Source: Bdellovibrionia bacterium (lineage in GTDB: Bacteria; Bdellovibrionota; UBA1018). Taken from it: DNA of 25,745 nucleotides. Below are positions 19,524-25,745 of this stretch, piece by piece (position 1 is the stretch's first letter; every line of letters begins with the position of its first letter). The notes below the pieces were generated by a model. The model saw only the letters and a program-made list of their open reading frames with translations, searched no databases and had not been told where the DNA came from. The translations under genes were made by a program, and so were the position numbers. The stretch covers positions 1 to 25,745 of the forward strand of contig JBJMMA010000105.1 of the NCBI GenBank assembly GCA_045805065.1, written 5' to 3'.

Positions 19524-20051
19524 ATGAGCCCAAAAAAGCGAATCGGCTTCGTTTCATTCATCTTGTTGATCACCGTTTTTCTGGATCAAGGAACCAAGAA
19601 ATTGGCCACCCAAATGCTCATGGGCCATCCTCCGATCCCTTATTGGAACAACTTTTTCAGATTCGACTACGTTGAAAACCCAGGCGCATTCTTAAGCTTG
19701 GGAGGAACGCTTTCTCCCTCCGTTCGCTTCTGGGTGCTGAACATCGCGGTCTCAGTTTTTCTTTTGGTCCTGCTCTACTCAGTCATCACAAGCAAAACGA
19801 TGACCTTCTTTAATACGCTCTGCCTATCGCTCGTCCTGGGCGGCGGAATCAGCAATCTGATTGATCGCTTTTTTCGTCACAACGGTCAGGTTGTCGACTT
19901 CATGAACATGGGAATCGGCAGTCTTCGAACCGGCGTGTTCAATGTTGCGGACGTTTTCATCATGTTCGGCATCATCGCTTATGCGCTGACAACTCTTGCT
20001 GCTCCTCAAGCTGAGAGCGATTCCGTCGGTCCAGACGAGAGCAAGGCCTGA
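19524..20051 (+). CDS. lspA: Lipoprotein signal peptidase (signal peptidase II)
   Basis: DQGTK, NPGAFLS, GGISNLIDR, VVDF and FNVAD motifs. ATG 19524 follows GGGGG; 19512 is the alternative start. Confidence 0.95.
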   Translation: MSPKKRIGFVSFILLITVFLDQGTKKLATQMLMGHPPIPYWNNFFRFDYVENPGAFLSLGGTLSPSVRFWVLNIAVSVFLLVLLYSVITSKTMTFFNTLCLSLVLGGGISNLIDRFFRHNGQVVDFMNMGIGSLRTGVFNVADVFIMFGIIAYALTTLAAPQAESDSVGPDESKA

Positions 20052-21424
20052 ACGACTCTTTGTCCGGCCAGGACACCCGTATCGATTGCGCCATCCACGG
20101 TGCCGCTCTGACCATTGAAGTGCGTAGCCTCGCCCGCAATGAACAAAGTGTCCTGCATTGGCTCAGCGAGCTCGCGTTGCGCGGTGACTCCATTGACAGC
20201 AACAAAGCTGTAAGCCCCGCGTGCATAGGGGTCGCTCTGCCAATCATGAAATGCCCAGCCATCGAGCTCTTCTTCAATCATGGACCTTGGGAAACCTGAA
20301 ATCAGCGCCAAGGCGCGAATCGCTTCTTCAACCAAGCCTTCTTCGGTGTGATCCCCAAGCTCCAGAGCCTGCGGGCCGCCTGCCCATGCCGTTAAGAGAG
20401 GCGCGCGAATGGGCTTTTGCGTCCACCAAGTCGGAAAGGCCACATCCGGATCCGGTGCGTGATGAATGAAGGCGAGCTCTGCCAGATTTTGATGAACGAT
20501 ATGCGCGTTCGAGTGTGCTTTCTCCCAAAAGCGAGAGCGAAAACGGAGTAGCACTTTCATCACAGGACCCATCTTCAGATGATCGACAGCGTCTCTCTTT
20601 TCGCGAAGAGGAGGGTTGAAGCGGATTGCGCCCTCCATTCGTGACTCATGAACAGAGGCATGAAGCAGGCTGAGCGGAATGGTGACGATGACCTTTCTCG
20701 CATGAATTTTCTTAAGCTGCATCCCCGCCCGCGAGCGGACTTGAAGCTCAACGGAGTTGTGGCTCCAGTTGATCTCGTAAACCACAGTATTGAGCCTGAT
20801 TTCAGCGCCGTTTCTTTTTGCGCCCTTCTCAAGCCATTGAATGACTTGGTCATAGCCGCCCAGGAAGCGGGAGATGCGTCGACCATTCGCCTCGTCCATC
20901 TCGCTTTCCGTACCCGAGAGAGCCTTTAGACTCAAAGCACGCGGATCGGCGGCGTGAAAGCCCTCGACATAACCGCGAACAAAAGGAAGAAACCGTCTGA
21001 GCTCCGGATCGCGCTCGGCGCCCATCAGAAACTCTGCAAATGAGCGATCACGCTCGGCGAGAAGGCGCGCCTTTTTCATCACAAGCGCAAGGTCTTCCCA
21101 GAAATGGGGCATCGGCACAAGCTCTGAGGATTCCGATCTAGGAACCGCATAAGCGTGCTCATCCGCGAGATCATAATACGTCAGCAAGCCCCTGTGCGCG
21201 ATCTTAAGAAGAGACTCCGGCATTCCGTGAATGAACTCCGCGCCAAGCTCTAACGGCGTCGGGGAGTTTGAATCATGAACGGTATAGATGCGTCCACCCG
21301 TTCTCCCTCTGGCTTCGAGCACCAGCGTCTTGCAACCTGCTTTTGAGACTTCTTCTGCGGCGGCAAGGCCCGCTGCTCCCGCGCCAATAATGACCACATC
21401 CCAGCTCTCAGACGACTGATCCAT
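20006..21424 (-). CDS. FAD-dependent amine oxidase family protein (flavin monoamine oxidase-like)
   Basis: VVIIGAGAAGLAAA, EARGRTGGRI, ELGAEFIHG, WQSDPYARGAYS and FIAGEAT...GTVDGA motifs; TAAGGA ribosome-binding site. Confidence 0.93.
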   Translation of the reverse strand: MDQSSESWDVVIIGAGAAGLAAAEEVSKAGCKTLVLEARGRTGGRIYTVHDSNSPTPLELGAEFIHGMPESLLKIAHRGLLTYYDLADEHAYAVPRSESSELVPMPHFWEDLALVMKKARLLAERDRSFAEFLMGAERDPELRRFLPFVRGYVEGFHAADPRALSLKALSGTESEMDEANGRRISRFLGGYDQVIQWLEKGAKRNGAEIRLNTVVYEINWSHNSVELQVRSRAGMQLKKIHARKVIVTIPLSLLHASVHESRMEGAIRFNPPLREKRDAVDHLKMGPVMKVLLRFRSRFWEKAHSNAHIVHQNLAELAFIHHAPDPDVAFPTWWTQKPIRAPLLTAWAGGPQALELGDHTEEGLVEEAIRALALISGFPRSMIEEELDGWAFHDWQSDPYARGAYSFVAVNGVTAQRELAEPMQDTLFIAGEATHFNGQSGTVDGAIDTGVLAGQRVVQALLSSGPTESLSA

Positions 21425-21540
21425 ATTTAATCCTTACATCTTTGGCCAAGATGCAAATTGGGTGACTGATCCTGCCGCTGGCTTTCGTGATTCTTATTTT
21501 TACTCACCGGGCAGGAACATGGATTGCACTTCGGAGCGCC

Positions 21541-22650
21541 ATGAGAAAAATCCGGTATGCAGTAGTTGGCCTTGGGCACATCACACAAGTTGCGGTTCTG
21601 CCTGCCTTTGCCCACGCAAAAAACTCAGAGCTGGTCGCTTTCTTTTCGGATGATCAAAAGAAATTGAAAGCGCTTGGAAGAAAGTACGGCGTCAAAGGGC
21701 TTTACTCTTACGACCAATACGAGGAAGTCCTGAATCGCGGAGAGGTGGATGCAGTTTACATTGCGCTGCCCAATCATCTGCATCGTGAATATACGGTGAG
21801 AGCAGCCAACTGTGGCGTTCACATTCTTTGTGAAAAGCCGATGGCTGTAACAAGCGAGGACTGTGAGGCCATGATTGAGGCCACACGCGAGAATCGCGTT
21901 AAACTGATGATCGCTTATCGGCTGCATTTTGAGGAAGCAAACCTCAGCGCCATCGATTGGGTGGAAAAGAAAAAGATCGGTGACGCAAGAATCTTTGAAT
22001 CCGTTTTCACTCAAGCCGTGCCAGACGAGAATATTCGTCTCAGTTCCCGCGAAAAAGGTGGAGGCCCAACCTATGATGTCGGGATTTATTGCATCAACGC
22101 TGCTCGGTATCTGTTTCAGGCGGAGCCAGAATGTGTGATGGCAATGGCTGCCAACGGGAACGAGCGAAAGTTCAAGAACGCAGAAGAAAGCATCAGCGTT
22201 GTCATGAAGTTCTCAGGCGAAAGAATCGCGACGTTTACCTGCAGCTTTGGAACGGTTGCCGAGAGTCAGTACCGGGTTCTTGGCAAGAAGGGCGAGGTCT
22301 TTATGGATAACGCCTACTCTTACGCCAAAGACATCGAGCAGACGATCACCATCAACGGAAAAGAAAAGAGGAAGACATTCAAGAAGCGCGATCAATTTGC
22401 GCCCGAGCTCGCCTACTTCTCCAACTGCATTCTCAAAGGCACCGAGCCTGAGCCGAATGGACTTGAAGGTCTCGCAGACATTCGCGTGATTGAAGCAATC
22501 CAGCAATCCGTGGATTTAGGCTCGGTTGTTCGCGTCGAACCTGTGCGCAAGAGGTCGCGACCTGGACTTCGTCAGGAAATGCACTTTCCACCGGTTGAAG
22601 AGCCGAAGGATCTCGTGGAAGTCGAGGCGCCTTCAAAGAAGACTGCTTAA
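21541..22650 (+). CDS. Gfo/Idh/MocA family oxidoreductase (glucose-fructose oxidoreductase-like)
   Basis: IRYAVVGLGHI, DAVYIALPNHLH, HILCEKPMA, AYRLHFE and GGGPTYDVGIY motifs. Start moved to ATG 21541 (GGAG upstream). Confidence 0.93.
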   Translation: MRKIRYAVVGLGHITQVAVLPAFAHAKNSELVAFFSDDQKKLKALGRKYGVKGLYSYDQYEEVLNRGEVDAVYIALPNHLHREYTVRAANCGVHILCEKPMAVTSEDCEAMIEATRENRVKLMIAYRLHFEEANLSAIDWVEKKKIGDARIFESVFTQAVPDENIRLSSREKGGGPTYDVGIYCINAARYLFQAEPECVMAMAANGNERKFKNAEESISVVMKFSGERIATFTCSFGTVAESQYRVLGKKGEVFMDNAYSYAKDIEQTITINGKEKRKTFKKRDQFAPELAYFSNCILKGTEPEPNGLEGLADIRVIEAIQQSVDLGSVVRVEPVRKRSRPGLRQEMHFPPVEEPKDLVEVEAPSKKTA

Positions 22651-22971
22651 GTCCTCAGGGAAGACATTTTCACAAAAGATGTCTTTTTGGCGAGACGAGT
22701 CGCCACGCTCCAAAGCAAAGCGTGCACCGGTCACGCGAAGGCTCTTTTTTAAAAAGCGAAGAAGCTCCTCATTGGCTTCACCTTCAACGGGGGGCGCAGC
22801 CACGCGGATCTTGAGACGAGCAGGCTCGCCTGTTGCGCCTTCATGCACGCCTACGACTTCAGTCTTTGAAGCTTTCGGCTGAACGAAAACGCGAATCAAA
22901 GTGCCGGTTTTTCGAACCTCCATCCAAGAAGCAACCTGGGAAGGGTTTCGATCCACCGGCACCTGAGTCAT
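22633..22971 (-). CDS. DUF167 / YggU (UPF0235) family protein
   Basis: VFVQPKASK, LKIRVAAPPVEGEANEEL and GDSSRQK motifs; TAATG overlap with the tex stop. Confidence 0.92.
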   Translation of the reverse strand: MTQVPVDRNPSQVASWMEVRKTGTLIRVFVQPKASKTEVVGVHEGATGEPARLKIRVAAPPVEGEANEELLRFLKKSLRVTGARFALERGDSSRQKDIFCENVFPEDLSSLL

Positions 22972-25415
22972 TAACGAGACTTAAGATCCTTTTTCAGCGA
23001 AGCAAGGCCCGCGAAAGGATTGTTCGTAAACTGTGGCTTTGGAGGCGCCTTGCTCGGACGAGGACCCTGGCCGCCACCACCGTGGCCTCCTGGTCTTGGT
23101 CCGCCGCCATGTCCATGAGCCGCGCGACCTTCGTTGCGCTCAGGTCTGCGTTCGCCACGTTGTTCAGGCTTACGCTCAGCACGAGGAGCATCGGATGCGG
23201 CCTTCATGGAGAGCGAGATTTGATTCTTTTCAAAGTTCACATCCAGAACGCGGACTTTGACTTGATCGCCTGGGCTCACTGCCTCGCGAGGATCCTTGAT
23301 AAAGCGATCGCTCAATTGCGAGATATGAACCAGGCCGTCCTGGTGAACGCCGATATCAACGAACGCGCCAAAGTTTGTGACGTTGGTCACGATGCCAGGG
23401 CAGATCATTCCAGGCTTGAGATCCTTCACTTCAAAGATATCGTCGCGATAGGAGAATGGAACGAACTGATCGCGCGGGTCGCGACCCGGCTTTTCAAGCT
23501 CACGAACGATGTCATCAAAGGTGTAAGCGCCGATTTGATCTTTCAGCGCCGTATCTTTCTTCACAAGCGATACGCCTGCGCCCATCAAATCACGAACGCT
23601 CTTTCCAAGGCGCTGTGCAAGGCCTTCAAGAACGTTGTAACGCTCAGGGTGAACGCCCGTGTTATCGAGCGGGTTCTCACCTTCAGAGATTCTCAAAAAG
23701 CCCGCAGCTTGTTCAAACGACTTTTTGCTGAAGCGTGGAACTTCCAAAAGCTCCTGGCGGGAGCGGAAGAGACCCTTCTGCTCGCGATGCTCAACAACAG
23801 CCTTGGCAAGTGACGGACCGATACCCGAGACGTGCGCCAGCAGATTGTAAGAAGCGGTGTTGAGGTTAATGCCAACGGAGTTCACGCAGGAGTCCACAAC
23901 AAGATCAAGGCTGCGCTTGAGAGCAGGTTGCGAGACGTCATGCTGATATTGGCCAACGCCAATGCTCTTTGGATCCACCTTAACAAGCTCAGCCAGAGGG
24001 TCTTGAAGACGGCGTGCAATCGAGATTGCGCCACGAACCGTGAGGTCAAGATCTGGGAATTCTTCGCGAGCCACTTCGCTTGCGCTGTAAACGCTGGCGC
24101 CGGCTTCACTGACCATGACGACAGGGATCTGCTCGCCCGCCTCTTTCACGATCGAGCGAACAAACGTTTCCGTTTCGCGGCCAGCAGTTCCGTTACCTAC
24201 GGCAATCGCATCAAGCTTGGTTTGCTTGAAGAGCTCAGTGAGAAGAGTCTTTGCCTTGGCTTTATCTGCCGCAGACTGAAGATGCATCACGGTGCTTGCG
24301 ATGTACTTGCCTGAAGCATCAACGACCGCAAGCTTACAGCCCGTGCGAATGCCTGGGTCAACGCCAAGAACGCCTTTTGCTCCCAGAGGAGACGCCAAAA
24401 GAAGCTTTCTCACGTTTTCTGCAAAGACGCGGATTGCGGCTTCGTCAGCAATGTCCTTCAAGGACTTGTGCGCTTCGTTTTCAATGCTTGGAATGACGTG
24501 CGCCTTGAGTGCCAGGCGCGCGGCCTTCATCAAGATGTCATGGCCAGGAGAGCCTGGAACACTGATTGCGGCATTCTCAAAAAGCTTAAGAAGTCTTTGA
24601 TCAAACTCTGGATCAGAGGTTGGGCCACCCACGGCAAGCGTGAGCTCTTCTTCCATCCAACCGCGGCGAATCGCCAGATAGCGATGCGAGTTCTGAGGTT
24701 GAAGAAGCGAATGGATCGGTTCTTCGTGCGTGAAATAAAGCTCAAACTTGCTGTTTGGCTTGGCCTTCTCGCCCTTACCGGTGCGAATCACGCCCTTTTC
24801 CATGATGGTGCTGCGGACTTGTTGTCTGAGCTCAGGCGTTTCGGCCAAACGCTCAATCAAGATATGTTGCGCGCCTTCGATTGCGGCAGCGGCATCATTG
24901 ATTCCAACGGCGTCGTTACGGAAGGTAAACGCCCAGATGTCGAGAGTCTGACCTTCTTGCGGCTTCTCTGTTCCGTGCGCGCAGTCCCAGATCCAGTTTG
25001 CAAGTGGTTCAAGGCCGGCTTCCTTTGCGGCAGCAGCTTTGGTTTTGCGCTTCTGCTTGTAAGGAAGATAAATGTCATCGAGCAAGTCGAGCTGATAAGT
25101 GGAGAGAACCTTCTCCTTCAACTCGGGCGTCAGCTTTTTCTGCTGATCAATCTGCTCGACGATGAATTTCTGGCGATGCAGAATCAGGTCCCATTTCTCT
25201 TTACCGTCGAGGACAGCTTGGATTTTTACTTCGTCCAAGTTTCCTGTCTGCTCTTTGCGATAGCGCGCGATAAATGGAACCGTCGCGCCTTCTTCGGCGA
25301 GCTTGAGAACTGCGAGTGCAGATGAGGTTGGAATGTCGGAATGTAATGATTTAAACCACGATTCAAAAGTCACGGATGCAACATCTCCTTGGTGCGAATC
25401 TAAAGTCAATTTCAT
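22971..25415 (-). CDS. tex: Tex family RNA-binding transcriptional accessory protein
   Basis: GATVPFIARYRKEQTG, GVDPGIRTGCK, SEAGASVYSAS, RRLQDPLAELVK and HhH region, C-terminal S1 domain (NFGAFVDIGVHQDGLVHIS). The true start may be GTG at 25373, which has AAGGAG 11 nt upstream. Confidence 0.97.
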   Translation of the reverse strand: MKLTLDSHQGDVASVTFESWFKSLHSDIPTSSALAVLKLAEEGATVPFIARYRKEQTGNLDEVKIQAVLDGKEKWDLILHRQKFIVEQIDQQKKLTPELKEKVLSTYQLDLLDDIYLPYKQKRKTKAAAAKEAGLEPLANWIWDCAHGTEKPQEGQTLDIWAFTFRNDAVGINDAAAAIEGAQHILIERLAETPELRQQVRSTIMEKGVIRTGKGEKAKPNSKFELYFTHEEPIHSLLQPQNSHRYLAIRRGWMEEELTLAVGGPTSDPEFDQRLLKLFENAAISVPGSPGHDILMKAARLALKAHVIPSIENEAHKSLKDIADEAAIRVFAENVRKLLLASPLGAKGVLGVDPGIRTGCKLAVVDASGKYIASTVMHLQSAADKAKAKTLLTELFKQTKLDAIAVGNGTAGRETETFVRSIVKEAGEQIPVVMVSEAGASVYSASEVAREEFPDLDLTVRGAISIARRLQDPLAELVKVDPKSIGVGQYQHDVSQPALKRSLDLVVDSCVNSVGINLNTASYNLLAHVSGIGPSLAKAVVEHREQKGLFRSRQELLEVPRFSKKSFEQAAGFLRISEGENPLDNTGVHPERYNVLEGLAQRLGKSVRDLMGAGVSLVKKDTALKDQIGAYTFDDIVRELEKPGRDPRDQFVPFSYRDDIFEVKDLKPGMICPGIVTNVTNFGAFVDIGVHQDGLVHISQLSDRFIKDPREAVSPGDQVKVRVLDVNFEKNQISLSMKAASDAPRAERKPEQRGERRPERNEGRAAHGHGGGPRPGGHGGGGQGPRPSKAPPKPQFTNNPFAGLASLKKDLKSR

Positions 25416-25418
25416 ACT

Positions 25419-25447
25419 TACTTAACTGAACCATTTTGGTCAGTCAA
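25419..25447 (-). promoter_or_regulatory. Putative sigma70 promoter for tex
   Basis: Minus strand TTGACT-17 nt-TAAGTA, overlapping the imperfect palindrome ACTGaACCAtttTGGTCAGT. Confidence 0.35.
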
Positions 25448-25567
25448 AAAAAGCTTGTCTTTTCGTGATGCGAGCGGCCTAATGTTCTTACATTGAAGTG
25501 CAGTATTGAAAAAACAGTGTGAAGCGAATTTAGCCGCTTTACACATTACGAGGAGAGTACAGCTATT

Positions 25568-25745
25568 ATGCTCAAGAGCATTCTTAAAGGATCAGCAGTT
25601 GTCCTCGCGCTCGGCGTTGCAGTATCCGCCCAAGCCGAAGAAGGAATTTCGATCGCTAACGGAAAAGCGAAGATGAACGCGCTTTCCCAATTCTGGTTCG
25701 TGAATGACACGAGCCTTGGCCACCAAACTGTTGGTGGTGTTGAAA
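25568..25745 (+). CDS. Secreted protein, possibly an outer-membrane porin (3'-truncated by window edge)
   Basis: Not in the ORF track. Manual translation gives MLKSILKGSAVVLALGVAVSAQA|EEGISIANGKAKMNALSQFWFVNDTS..., a Sec signal peptide with an AQA cleavage site. AGGAG upstream. The porin call is a guess from the beta-strand-like start. Confidence 0.7.
   Translation, partial: MLKSILKGSAVVLALGVAVSAQAEEGISIANGKAKMNALSQFWFVNDTSLGHQTVGGVE

Noticed and set aside
22833..25325. Plus-strand ORFs of 326, 160 and 285 aa opposite tex
   Set aside because: Antisense shadows of tex with no independent protein signature.
18291..25745. Prophage or integrative element inserted at tRNA-Ser
   Set aside because: No integrase, phage genes or duplicated tRNA 3' end seen; downstream genes are ordinary chromosomal types.

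Overview
Bacterial chromosomal DNA. The lineage is probably Bdellovibrionota/Oligoflexia-like, inferred from the gene repertoire only. Bases 1-13537 carry a 14-gene complex I operon (nuoA partial, then B to N) with unfused C and D and an unusually short NuoG. Next come a 1029-aa GYF-like/TM/TPR membrane protein, serS, and directly after it tRNA-Ser(TGA). The most unusual stretch is an AT-rich islet just 3' of the tRNA. It holds a 195-bp element with perfect 45-bp terminal inverted repeats (TA at both ends) around a GC-rich multi-hairpin core, then two short palindromes, then a small secreted 8-Cys protein with a Kazal-like motif. The remainder encodes an orphan FliG C-terminal-domain protein, lspA, a flavin amine oxidase, a Gfo/Idh/MocA oxidoreductase, DUF167, Tex, and the start of a secreted, probably outer-membrane, protein. 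No transposase, integrase, CRISPR array or rRNA was seen. All calls come from reading the sequence by eye; no database searches were run.
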